Origin: Candidatus Bathyarchaeota archaeon
GTDB taxonomy: Archaea > Thermoproteota > Bathyarchaeia > TCS64
Length of the DNA: 64,000 bases
Reading direction: 5' to 3'
NCBI GenBank assembly: GCA_963771885.1
Contig: CAVYVF010000022.1
Coordinates: 160,001-224,000, forward strand
The notes beneath the pieces were generated by a model, which did no database searches, was not told where the DNA came from, and saw only the letters and a program-made list of their open reading frames with translations. The position numbers and the translations under genes were made by a program. This document shows positions 50,848-60,739 of the stretch, in pieces. How positions within the stretch are numbered: the stretch's first letter is position 1; every line of letters starts with the position of its first letter.

Positions 50848-51645
50848 TTGACAAAACAGGTCGCCATCATAACCGTCGGCAACGAGATACTCGACGGCAT
50901 CATACTCGACACAAACACGAAGTGGATGATCGAGCGCCTCAAGCCGCTAGGGCTCATGGTCGAGGAGGTGCTTATCGTCCGCGACGACGTGCCCGAGATC
51001 GCCCGCGCCATAAGGAGGGCGGTAGAAGACGGCTGCGACCTAATCATAACAAGCGGCGGCCTCGGCCCCACACACGACGACATGACTCTCAAAGGCGTCG
51101 CAGAGGCGTTTAACCTCCCCCTGGAGGTCAACGAGGAGGGCCTCGCCATAGTCGCCCGCCAGTACAGGCAGCTTCATGATGCCGGGAGGATAGAGTCCGG
51201 GGAGATCACGGAGGCCCGCAAGAAAATGGCGATCTTCCCCAAAGACGCGCGTCCACTCGATAACAGGGTCGGAGGAGCCCCCGGAGTCTTACTCCACGGT
51301 GACGGCGCCGACATCATCTCCCTACCCGGCGTCCCATACGAACTAATGTGGATATTTGACAACCAGCTCATACCACACGTGAGCGAGCACATCGAGGGAG
51401 TGTACTTCGAGAAGGTGCTCAGCCTCCCCCTGAGGGACGAGTCGACGCTCGCGCCGCTAATAGACGACGCGATGAGGCGGGTCCCTGGCGTTTGGATAAA
51501 GTCGCTGGTCAAGCCTTACGGTGAGCGGGGGATTAAGTTCTGGGTGAGCGCCCGCGGCGGGGATCGCGCTGAGCTAGAGGCAAGGGTCGAGGAAGCGATT
51601 CGTATCCTCATAGGGCTCACGGGGGAGCGCCTCCCTATGGGTTAG
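50848..51645 (+). CDS. CinA-like molybdopterin-binding domain protein
   Basis: ITVGNEILDG, SGGLGPTHDDMT, LPGVPYE. Confidence 0.9.
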   Translation: MTKQVAIITVGNEILDGIILDTNTKWMIERLKPLGLMVEEVLIVRDDVPEIARAIRRAVEDGCDLIITSGGLGPTHDDMTLKGVAEAFNLPLEVNEEGLAIVARQYRQLHDAGRIESGEITEARKKMAIFPKDARPLDNRVGGAPGVLLHGDGADIISLPGVPYELMWIFDNQLIPHVSEHIEGVYFEKVLSLPLRDESTLAPLIDDAMRRVPGVWIKSLVKPYGERGIKFWVSARGGDRAELEARVEEAIRILIGLTGERLPMG

Positions 51646-51696
51646 ACGTCAAACCAGACTTATATCGAGCCGCCTCCAAGCCATAGGGGAATAGAG

Positions 51697-53958
51697 ATGC
51701 TTGTGGCGGACCTACCCATCCCCGAGGAGGTTAAACGGCTCCTCGCACTGAAGGGGATAAGGGAGCTGTATCCGCCGCAGGCGGACGCGATTAACACGGG
51801 CGTCTTAGAGGGAAAGAACCTAGTCCTCGCCAGCCCGACGGCGAGCGGGAAGACTCTCATCGCAGAACTCTGCGCCTTGAAACATGTACTTGAGCGCAGG
51901 GGCAAGGTCCTCTACCTAAGTCCCCTACGCGCCCTCGCGTGGGAGAAGTTCGAGGGCTTCGAGGAGTATACGAGCATCGAGAAGCAGGGCGGGGGCAAGA
52001 TGCGTGTGGGTGTAAGCTCGGGTGACCTGGACAGCAAGAGCCCGTGGCTCGAGGGCTACGATATTGTAATCACAACGAACGAAAAGTGCGACTCGCTGCT
52101 CAGGCACAGGAGCGCGTGGATGAGCAATGTGTCGCTCGTCATCGCTGACGAGGTGCACCTGATTGGCGACGAGCGTGGGCCGACGCTTGAGATCGCCATC
52201 GCCCGGCTCCGCCAGATGAACCCCGAGATGCAGGTTCTCGCCCTGAGTGCTACAATAAAAAACGCAGATGAGGTTGCCGAGTGGCTCAAGGCCGAGTGCG
52301 TTACGACGGAGTGGCGCCCAACGAAACTATACGAGGGCGTCGCACACGGGAATACTATAATCTTCCGCGACGGCGCGGTGAAGAAACTCAAGCCCCTCAA
52401 CACGATGGACGCATTGAACATCGCGATGAACAGCGTCCTCGACGGCGGGCAGGCGCTCATATTCGTCGAGTCACGTAAGCGTGCAGAGAGCATGGCGCGC
52501 GAGGCGGCGACAGCTCTGAACGGGACCCAGAGCAGGAAGACGCAGACAGATCTTGACGGGCTCGCCTCAGACATCGAGGTCCACGGAGAGAAGACGAGCC
52601 TCACGGATGCACTGACCTTCGCCGTCGGCAAAGGCGCGTCGTTCCACCACGCCGGGCTCAACACGGAGCACAGGCGCATCGTGGAGCGCGCCTTCAAGGC
52701 GGGCACACTCAAGATACTCACAGCCACTCCCACGCTCGCAGCCGGTGTCAACCTCCCAGCCCGAACCGTCGTCATAGCCAACTACAAGCGCTTCGTCGCT
52801 GGCTACGGCATGTACCCCATCACCGTCCTAGAGTACAAGCAGATGAGCGGACGCGCCGGACGCCCACAATATGACCCATATGGCGAAGCCATACTCATCG
52901 CAAGCAGCAGCGACGAACAGGACCAGTTGATGGAGAACTACATACTCGCCGACCCCGAAAGATTATACAGCCGCCTCGCACAGGAGTCGGCTCTCCGAGG
53001 GCATACGCTTGCCGCGATCGCCAGCGACTACGCCCACACGGAGCAAGGGCTACTCGACTTCCTCGGCGGCACATTCTACGGCTTCAACTACCCGCCAGCG
53101 AGCATCAAGCTCATCACGACGGGCGTCCTCCGCTACCTCGTCAAGGAGCAGATGCTCGAGGAGAAGGGGGACTACATCTACGCGACAGACTTCGGGCGCC
53201 GCGTATCCGAACTCTACATCGACCCCCTCACGGCAGTAGTTCTCCGCAACGGGCTCCGCCGCGGCGCAATGGACGTGACCGACTTCACGTGGCTCCACCT
53301 CATCTGCCACACACCCGACATGAGACCCATCCTCCGCCCCCGCCGCGGCGACCTCGACATGGTCGAGACATACGCCGAGGAGAGGCATGAGGAATTCGCC
53401 ATCCCTGTTAACCAGGAGGGGGGCGACTACATTGAGCGCGAGCAGTTCCTCGGCGAGGTCAAAACCGCCATGGTTCTCAACGACTGGATAACCGAGAAGA
53501 CGGAGGCAGACATCCTCGAGCAGCATGGGGTCCAGCCAGGTGACCGATACTCCGCCGTCCACAACGCAGAGTGGCTTCTCTACAGCGCCCACGAGATCGC
53601 AGACATCGTCGGTGCACCCGACCACAGGCGCCAATTAGGCGAACTGAACGACCGCGTCAAGCACGGCGTCTCCAAGAAGCTGCTCCCGCTTGTACGCCTC
53701 AAGGGAATCGGGCGTATACGCGCCCGTATCTTGTACAACAGTGGGCTCACGGGCATCGCCGAGCTCAAGAAGGCGCCCCTCCAGCGCCTCGTCGCCATCC
53801 CCCTGATCGGCCCTAGACTAGCTAAGGCGATAAAGGAGCAGGTGGGCGGCCTCGTGGAGGAAGGGGAGTGGAAGAGCCTCGATAAGGTGGAGTCGGAGCA
53901 GAAAGCGCTCACTGACTTCGTCGAGGAGAAGTACGAGCCCGAGAAGAGTGAGGATTAA
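51697..53958 (+). CDS. hel308: Ski2-like DNA helicase Hel308
   Basis: PTASGKT, DEVH, FHHAGL, QMSGRAGRP, C-terminal HhH. Confidence 0.95.
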   Translation: MLVADLPIPEEVKRLLALKGIRELYPPQADAINTGVLEGKNLVLASPTASGKTLIAELCALKHVLERRGKVLYLSPLRALAWEKFEGFEEYTSIEKQGGGKMRVGVSSGDLDSKSPWLEGYDIVITTNEKCDSLLRHRSAWMSNVSLVIADEVHLIGDERGPTLEIAIARLRQMNPEMQVLALSATIKNADEVAEWLKAECVTTEWRPTKLYEGVAHGNTIIFRDGAVKKLKPLNTMDALNIAMNSVLDGGQALIFVESRKRAESMAREAATALNGTQSRKTQTDLDGLASDIEVHGEKTSLTDALTFAVGKGASFHHAGLNTEHRRIVERAFKAGTLKILTATPTLAAGVNLPARTVVIANYKRFVAGYGMYPITVLEYKQMSGRAGRPQYDPYGEAILIASSSDEQDQLMENYILADPERLYSRLAQESALRGHTLAAIASDYAHTEQGLLDFLGGTFYGFNYPPASIKLITTGVLRYLVKEQMLEEKGDYIYATDFGRRVSELYIDPLTAVVLRNGLRRGAMDVTDFTWLHLICHTPDMRPILRPRRGDLDMVETYAEERHEEFAIPVNQEGGDYIEREQFLGEVKTAMVLNDWITEKTEADILEQHGVQPGDRYSAVHNAEWLLYSAHEIADIVGAPDHRRQLGELNDRVKHGVSKKLLPLVRLKGIGRIRARILYNSGLTGIAELKKAPLQRLVAIPLIGPRLAKAIKEQVGGLVEEGEWKSLDKVESEQKALTDFVEEKYEPEKSED

Positions 53959-53991
53959 CATTAATTGCACAGTATCTATTAATTGTAACTG

Positions 53992-54400
53992 ATGTGTCGT
54001 CTTGATAACCCCCTCAGGATTAGCAGAGAGGAGTAGCTTGAACAGGTCTTTCATATCGATAAATACTACACAGCCATCATGCGCGACTACAAGCGTAGTA
54101 CACCCATTCTCCTCGCCATGAAGGTGAGGGGAACACGACTCCTTCGTCGGCTACGGTATTGTGGATAAGGTCAAGATGCTGTGGTAAATGTTGCAGGAGG
54201 AGGACCAGCACGGGGCACGGCTGGAACCCGGATTTATCTTCAAGAGACTAACACGATTTCAGAAGCCCTCCTTCCCAATGGCAAGTCGTGCCTCAGTGCT
54301 GACCCGCGAGTGGCGCCTCCCTCAACGGCGCAAGCCAAACTGAAGACCAGGTCGGCTCCATCCTCGAAGCCGTATAGGAGTACGAGGGATAACCTGAAAC
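53992..54400 (+). pseudogene. Decayed hypothetical gene (PUA/EVE-like pattern)
   Basis: LRISREE*LEQVFHIDKYYTAIMRDYKRSTPILLA, then a frameshift to DSFVGYGIVDKVKMLW*. Confidence 0.5.
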
Positions 54401-54425
54401 ACGCAGCCATCTCCCATCAAAGGGG

Positions 54426-55853
54426 ATGAGCCAACTAGCTGGGCTAATTAGCTGTAGAGGCGAGGATGTAACCCAGCGGCTACTGAGGATATTGGGTTCG
54501 CCGGTTCGCCACGACGCCTACGGCATCGCCACAGCCACGAGCGTCGAGTACAGCCCACAGCCCCTCGCCTTCACTTCACTAAAGGGAAGCGCCGCGGTCG
54601 GCTACAGGCTTCTCAAGGTTCTCCCTACTGATAACCCTCAGCCAATCCATGATAATGATAGGGCAATCGCATTCATCGGCAGGCTAAACGACCCGGAGCC
54701 TAATGCACTCGTTATGGCTGACAAGCTCAGGGGCGGCGCCGAGGAAGGCCTGAGGAAACTTCTAACTGAACACTCGGGTTCATGGGCAGCAGCCGTCACC
54801 GAGGGGGATTCAATAATCTGCGCCCGCGACCCGATAGGAGCCGTACCTCTATACTACGGTAAAGGCCCCGATTTAATCGGCGTCTCCACCGACACAAAGA
54901 CGATAAAACGCCTTGGAATGGAGCCGCGAAGAGTCGCACCGGGTCACATAGTAACGCTTAGCCCCAGAGAAATACTCGACAAAGTAGTTGCCTCACTGGA
55001 GGAGCCGCCACAGATATCAATAAGCCTCAATGAAGCGGTGGACGAACTCGATAGGTTGCTTATTAACGCGACTTCTCGGGCCTGTAAGGGATTACAGTCG
55101 CCAACTCTCGCTTTCTCCGGCGGCATCGACAGCGTGCTCATCGCTCACTACATGCGTCTCGCCGGGTCACACCCAAGACCAATATGTGTAGGCGCACCCG
55201 ATTCAGCCGACTTCCCAGCCGCGGAGAAAGCTGCCGACGCCCTCGGGCTCCCACTCAGCATCAAGACCTTCACGGAGAACGACATCGAAGAGTACCTCAA
55301 AGCAATCCTAGCTAGCGTCGAGGAGGCGGACCCAATGAAGGTCAGCGTCGCGGTGCCATTATACTACGTTGCGCAAGAGGCAACTTCGAGGCCTTGCAGA
55401 GCGATCTTCACCGGAAATGGTAGTGATGAACTCTTCGGCGGCTACGCCAAGTACGTCGACGAGTACCAGAAGCCCAGCGAAGGTATAAAAGCGATGATGT
55501 TCAGCGATGTAGCTCGCTCATACGAGGTGAACTTGGAGCGGGACTGGAAGGTCTGCTCTGACCTCGGATTTGAGCTCAGGCTTCCCTACACTGATCCTGA
55601 TATTACCCGGTTTGCTCTGAGCCTCCCGCTCAAGCACAAGCTGCCAGTGACCGGGCGTGAACCACGGAAGATCATACTCAGGCAGCTGGCTAAGAGGCTT
55701 GGGCTTCCTGACGAGATCGCCGCGAAGCCGAAGAAGGCGGCGCAGTACTCCTCCGGCTCGGGTAAGATCATTGAGAAACTGGCGAGGAAATGTGGTAAAA
55801 CCACCGAGGGATACCTCGCTGAGAAACTTCTTAGGGTGACGAGCGGTGAATAA
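54426..55853 (+). CDS. Asparagine synthetase-like protein lacking the N-terminal Cys
   Basis: ARDPIGAVPLYY, AFSGGIDS, GNGSDELFGGY, KKAAQYSSG. Confidence 0.88.
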   Translation: MSQLAGLISCRGEDVTQRLLRILGSPVRHDAYGIATATSVEYSPQPLAFTSLKGSAAVGYRLLKVLPTDNPQPIHDNDRAIAFIGRLNDPEPNALVMADKLRGGAEEGLRKLLTEHSGSWAAAVTEGDSIICARDPIGAVPLYYGKGPDLIGVSTDTKTIKRLGMEPRRVAPGHIVTLSPREILDKVVASLEEPPQISISLNEAVDELDRLLINATSRACKGLQSPTLAFSGGIDSVLIAHYMRLAGSHPRPICVGAPDSADFPAAEKAADALGLPLSIKTFTENDIEEYLKAILASVEEADPMKVSVAVPLYYVAQEATSRPCRAIFTGNGSDELFGGYAKYVDEYQKPSEGIKAMMFSDVARSYEVNLERDWKVCSDLGFELRLPYTDPDITRFALSLPLKHKLPVTGREPRKIILRQLAKRLGLPDEIAAKPKKAAQYSSGSGKIIEKLARKCGKTTEGYLAEKLLRVTSGE

Positions 55854-56469
55854 GGCGGAGAATGCGTTAGCTAAGCTTAAGGCATACTACGGTGAGGATG
55901 CCTTCATCGTCGAGATGGAGGATCCCTTTCGAGCCCTCATAGGCTGTATACTCTCGCAGAGGACACGCGACGAGAACGCGTCAAAGGCCGCAAACGCTTT
56001 ATTCGCAGTAGCCTCCACGGCAGAGCAGATACTTGTCCTCGACCCTGAGAGCCTCAAGAGGCTCATACGTCCATCGGGATACTATAACCAGAAAGCTAGG
56101 TACATATTAGGCGCTTGCAGGGCGATCACCGAGAGATTCGAGGGAGAGACACCTAGAACACGGGAGGAGCTGCTGTCGCTCCCCGGCGTCGGTCCAAAGA
56201 CAGCTGACATAGTGCTGAGCTACGGCTACGGCGAAGCTGCGATCGCCGTCGACACGCACATACATCGGACCTCGAAGAGGCTTGGGCTAGCCCCGAAAAA
56301 ATCCAAGCCCACAGAGGCGAAGGAGGCGCTCGAATCAGCGCTCCCACGTGGCGACTGGACATACGCTGACGGTGCGCTGCTCCAGCTCGGGAAAGATTAT
56401 TGCAGACCGAAAAAGCCAAGATGCGGCGAATGCCCGCTCGGGGAATATTGTAACGAGAAAAGGGTTTAA
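55846..56469 (+). CDS. nth: Endonuclease III
   Basis: LSQRTRD, LPGVGPKTA, VDTH, 4Fe-4S Cys cluster. Confidence 0.95.
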   Translation: MNKAENALAKLKAYYGEDAFIVEMEDPFRALIGCILSQRTRDENASKAANALFAVASTAEQILVLDPESLKRLIRPSGYYNQKARYILGACRAITERFEGETPRTREELLSLPGVGPKTADIVLSYGYGEAAIAVDTHIHRTSKRLGLAPKKSKPTEAKEALESALPRGDWTYADGALLQLGKDYCRPKKPRCGECPLGEYCNEKRV

Positions 56470-57680
56470 CGGAGTCCTACATGGCCGTCCGCGAGCGCCG
56501 TGCAGAACTCGTCGAGGTGGTCGAACTCGTCCGATATGATCTCGTTGATGCTGGACTCGAGGCTCTTCATAGATACTCCGTTCTGTGGGATGACCTGAGC
56601 CGAGACGACGCTCGGCTCGTTAATCGGGCGGCCAATCCTACTCAGGAGCCAGACGTACGTCTCATCGACGCCGTTAACCTCGGCGACAATCCTGTCGGCT
56701 ATCCTATAACAGAGCATGTTGTAGATCTTGCCGACGTGGCTGACTGGGTTCTTGCCAGCCGCTGCCTCGCTGCTCATGGGACGGAGGAGCGCGATGACGC
56801 CACGGACATTGTTACCCCTCCCGACCTGGCCCGAGTCACCCGCCTCGGCTGATGTGCCGAGCACCGTCAGATAGAGCCCGTCCATACCTCTTCCACGAAC
56901 GTCGAGGGCGTTAAGGCTCACGTTGACCTCCTCGAAGCCCCCCTTGGCGTCAATCCATGTGTTAATAGAGTCAAAAATCTCGTCTTTGCGCTTGAAATAG
57001 TCATCCTCACTCTTGATGAAGCGGTCAACCATCGCCATAGCAACGGTCAGGTCGACCTTTTTCCCCCTTCGGAGAGCCATTATCTTAATGTCCTCACCGG
57101 CCTCCGGGTGCTCCTTCTTGTATTCCTTCGAGTTCAGGTACTTTTCCAGGCCGAGGATTAGTTTCTCCTGCTCCGTATAAGGCGCGAAACCCACAGCGGC
57201 GCTAGTGTCGTTTGCACCGAGGTACTCCCCCTTTTTCTTCCTGCTGAAGATGTCCTGTAGCGCTGCGGAGCCAGGCTTAATCTCGCTCTGAAACTTGAGG
57301 TGTACCTCAGGGTCGACGAATCTAAGGTTCTTCTTGAACCACGCTTTGGTGCTCTTCTCGGCAATCTCGTTGACGGGGACTTCCTCGTCTCCTATCTTGA
57401 AGGTAGCGCGGTCGCCGTAGACGATGAGTATCGGTTTATTCACTTTGCCTCCACCGAAGTTCACTGAGGTCTCGCCCGCTGCGATGAGTCCTTTGTCCAT
57501 GTTGTGGTGGTAGATGTTCCCAAACCTCTTCATGTACTCGGTTGAAAGATCGACGCTGATTTGGTTCATGATGTTATCGCACATCGTGTCAGGGTGCCCC
57601 AGACCTTTCCTCTCCGTGATCTCGAGGGACCTATTCTGGAGCGGGACCTGACTAAGCTCGTTGATGAAGACATTGTTCAA
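56466..57680 (-). CDS. mat: Archaeal S-adenosylmethionine synthetase
   Basis: ERKGLGHPD, GANDTS, EAAAGKNPVSHVGKIYN. Confidence 0.96.
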   Translation of the reverse strand: MNNVFINELSQVPLQNRSLEITERKGLGHPDTMCDNIMNQISVDLSTEYMKRFGNIYHHNMDKGLIAAGETSVNFGGGKVNKPILIVYGDRATFKIGDEEVPVNEIAEKSTKAWFKKNLRFVDPEVHLKFQSEIKPGSAALQDIFSRKKKGEYLGANDTSAAVGFAPYTEQEKLILGLEKYLNSKEYKKEHPEAGEDIKIMALRRGKKVDLTVAMAMVDRFIKSEDDYFKRKDEIFDSINTWIDAKGGFEEVNVSLNALDVRGRGMDGLYLTVLGTSAEAGDSGQVGRGNNVRGVIALLRPMSSEAAAGKNPVSHVGKIYNMLCYRIADRIVAEVNGVDETYVWLLSRIGRPINEPSVVSAQVIPQNGVSMKSLESSINEIISDEFDHLDEFCTALADGHVGLR

Positions 57681-57890
57681 CGCTTTTACCTACCCTATAA
57701 GGCAAGTTATTCCCAACCTGCCTTTTTAACCGTTCCCCATATTCTCAGAGGGTTAATAGGGAGGTTTTGAAAGAAATATGCGCGCGTGGCATAAAAAAAC
57801 GAATGAGTAGGTAGAAACCTGACACCCAGTTCCAGAGAAAAGAAAGGCTAATAACATAATACTCCGTCACATAATCGAGAGGAAAACGAT

Positions 57891-58172
57891 TTGAATGATA
57901 AGTCACTCGGCTACGCGATCATGATCATAACTGCGCTGATAATGATCTGCTACTTTGTATGGTCATTCGCCCCATTCCTAGGAACTATGTTCGCATGGCT
58001 CGCGCCATTCACCGAGTGGGCATACAAGCTACCGATTATTGCGGCGGTTTACATGGTCCTCTTTATAGTGCTCTGGATCGGCTATACGATGGCTACTACG
58101 CCGCCCCCGATACCCCTCGACAACCCCCTCGATCTTGAGAGAGAGGGAGAAGAGAAGACCGAGGATAAGTAG
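57891..58172 (+). CDS. Small two-TM membrane protein, DPM2-like
   Basis: DKSLG...YFVW...PFL...AYKLPI...WIGYTMATTPPP. Confidence 0.75.
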   Translation: MNDKSLGYAIMIITALIMICYFVWSFAPFLGTMFAWLAPFTEWAYKLPIIAAVYMVLFIVLWIGYTMATTPPPIPLDNPLDLEREGEEKTEDK

Positions 58173-59019
58173 TCAGATTATCTTCGCGTCTATCCTTATT
58201 TTCCACGCAGAGGGGCTGTACTGGGACACCCGTACACGTCTCCAGCACATCCATTCTCCTCCCAAAGACATCTACAGCTTCTGCGAGTATACGTTCCCCC
58301 TCGGAGAAGGGATCATCTCGAGATGCCCAGTGGTAGAAGTGTAGTGTACCCCCGGGCTTTACCATCGGTATGGCGACATCGAGGAACTCGAAGGCACCCT
58401 TTGGCAAAGGCATGAGAACCCTATCAAACGTCTCACCTAGCGTAGGGCATACAACTCGGACATCGCCCTGAATGGCTTTGACTCTGTCAGCCACCTTATT
58501 TAAGCGAATATTCTCGAGACAATATGCATGGCCATCCGGGTTCAGCTCAACGGCGACACAGCGGGACTCGGGCTGCCTCTTCGCTATGCAGATGGCGAAG
58601 GGCCCGACACCGCTGAACATCACGAGCACATCCTCGCCGGGGGAGACCTTCGTGGATACCTTCTCCCTCTCCGTCGACTCCCTAGGCGAGAAGTAGGCCT
58701 TTCTCGGGTTGACCTTGAAGACGCAGCCAGACTCCTTGTGCAGTACCTCGGTATTTGGATCACCGGCTAGAAGCACCATATCACGGACGCGGAACTCACC
58801 CCTCCGCTCAGTGCCTTTCGAGAGGACGCTCTGGACGCTCCGTTGAACCCTCATCAGGGCCTCGCCGATCTGCAACCCATAGGGCTCAAGCTCCTCAGGA
58901 ACCTCGATGACCGCGACGGCCCTCCCCTTGGAGCCTATGACGTCGAATGAACGCGACACAAGCGGGAGGAGATGATCGGGGATGACCCCGGAAAGCTCTC
59001 CGCGGATATCCCGTTTCAT
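58173..59019 (-). CDS. Trm5/Taw2-family tRNA methyltransferase, frameshifted near the C-terminus
   Basis: YFSPRESTER, MFSGVGPF, ELNP, DRVLMPLP. Confidence 0.9.
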
Positions 59020-59040
59020 AACCAAGCCTGCGCCTGGAGC

Positions 59041-59332
59041 CTAATAGATGCTCCTGTCACCGGCCTTCTTGGCCAGCTTGCCCTTCGCCCTCATCTCGGG
59101 GAGCCTGAAGTTTTCCGGCTCGGAGTCCTCACGAGTCTTCCTCTTTGATCGTGAACCCGCATACACCATTCTCGAGCAGTTGCCTCTTGTAGCAGACGGC
59201 GTAAGTGCACTTCGTAGGCTCGCATTCCGCCTCCGTCCACTGGCACCACGTAACCTTGCCGCGGAAGGACATCGCTCTTTTGGTACACGTAAAATCTCGA
59301 CACCTAGAGTCACAAAGTTTAGATTCTGACAA
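59041..59332 (-). CDS. Small Cys-rich (8 Cys) protein, frameshifted near 59143
   Basis: CDSRC..FTC..WCQW..C...C.YAVC..GVC, continuing as RKTREDSEPENF...RSIY in another frame. Confidence 0.75.
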
Positions 59333-59618
59333 AATGGTTACCCCAAACTTAGGCTAGATAACCTTTAGTAATTTGAAACCTTGGTAGCAAGATATAAACT
59401 TTGAGTCGTATTAGGAAAAGTGCCCGTGAAAAATGATTATATTTTTATTATAATTAATAAATAAACTAACTAATATCTCGTATTAAAGATACAAGCAATT
59501 TAGCTGAAATTGATGTGGATTCTTTAATACAGTAGGGGATTGAATTCATTATTTAACCACTTATAAATTGATTTAAATAGAAAGAGTTCTTAGTAACTGA
59601 TCATCCTATAATCCAACC

Positions 59619-60119
59619 TTGATGACTGTACATAAATTTGACAGGGATGCCAATGTGAGCTACGCCACGCTGATGCGTGAAGCGTTTGAAGCGGCGGTAA
59701 AACTTGCTAGGACCATTGAGCGGGAACTTGGAGTGGAGAGGGCACATGAGATACTATACACGAGCCGGGTCGAGGGGGACCTCGCGATGGTCGCCAAGCA
59801 GATGGAGGGAGAGCCACCCATAAAGACCTTCGCCGAGTTCAAGAAGCTCATGAAGGGGCTACACGAAAACCAATTCGCCAAGAACCTGTTCACGATCACC
59901 TACCCGGTCGACAACGACCACGAGGTCGAGTTCAGGACCACTGAGTGCATATTGGCCAAGGTCTTCAGGGAGATGGGCGCCGAGGACCTCGGAGAGATAA
60001 TGTGCTGCAAGCCCGACTTCGACACGACCCCGGCTTACTGCAAGCGGGTGAGCCTGAAGAGGACCAAGTCCCTGATGAAGGGGGACGCCTACTGCGACAC
60101 GAAGTACTGCTGGAAGTAA
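59619..60119 (+). CDS. ATC-hydrolase (L-2-amino-thiazoline-4-carboxylate hydrolase) family
   Basis: TECILAK, MCCKPD, LKRTKSLMKGDAYCD. Confidence 0.88.
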   Translation: MMTVHKFDRDANVSYATLMREAFEAAVKLARTIERELGVERAHEILYTSRVEGDLAMVAKQMEGEPPIKTFAEFKKLMKGLHENQFAKNLFTITYPVDNDHEVEFRTTECILAKVFREMGAEDLGEIMCCKPDFDTTPAYCKRVSLKRTKSLMKGDAYCDTKYCWK

Positions 60120-60120
60120 A

Positions 60121-60739
60121 TTAGTCTTCCTCGTCTTCCTCAGCTTTGGGCTTGGCGCCTCGGCGTCGCTCTTCTTACCGAAGCTGACGATGAGGTCTAC
60201 TAGCTGCTTCTGGTCGACCTCGGCGCGGCTCCTCCAGTCCATGTAGAGGACGCCCTTGTCGTCCTCGCCTAGGTAGCCCTGCTGAGATGTAGCGGTCGAT
60301 GCTCATCTTGACGCGCCAGCCGGGGAGCTTCTCCTGAAGGATCTTCTCGACATCGGTGCGGGGCGCCTTGCCCTGCTTGCTGATTATGTATGCAATGGCG
60401 ACTGCGAGGCCTGCGATGTCGTCGACGCGCCACCCGATGGTTTTCGCCGCCTTCTGGTCGATGCTGCCACGCATCGTGATGTAGTAGCGGGCGTCCGCGA
60501 GCTGGGTCTGGTCGGGGTCGATGATGTTCGGGTCGTCGAGCACCCGCGTGACCTGTAGGTCGAGGGTCTGGAGCTGCTTGTCGAGCACCTCTAAGACGTT
60601 CTGCCAGTCGGGGCCGAGCTCCTGGCGTAGCTCCCAGCCCGCTTACGCCGGGTAGCCTGTGGTGCTGGAAGAACAGCAGATGGACCGCGTCCTTTAACTT
60701 CCGGGCGTAGCCGGCCTCTGCTCTTACCCTTTTCGCCAT
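60121..60739 (-). CDS. Kite/ScpB-like tandem winged-helix protein, frameshifted
   Basis: Fragments KLKDAVHLLFFQHHRLPGV, ELRQELGPDW, LAGLAVAIAYIISKQGKAPR and LYMDWRSRAEVD; third gene of the SMC operon. Confidence 0.65.

Noticed and set aside
5510..54036. Genome-wide TAG recoding (pyrrolysine), suggested by in-frame TAGs at 5510, 37455 and about 54034
   Set aside because: TAG ends many intact genes at the expected position (BKACE, thrS, purB). The latter two relics also contain TAA stops. No pyl genes are in the window.
57820..59620. Replication origin (ORB-like GTTCCAGAGAAA near 57829; AT-rich 59340-59620)
   Set aside because: Only one weak match, no repeated ORBs with a G-string, and no cdc6/orc1 gene nearby.
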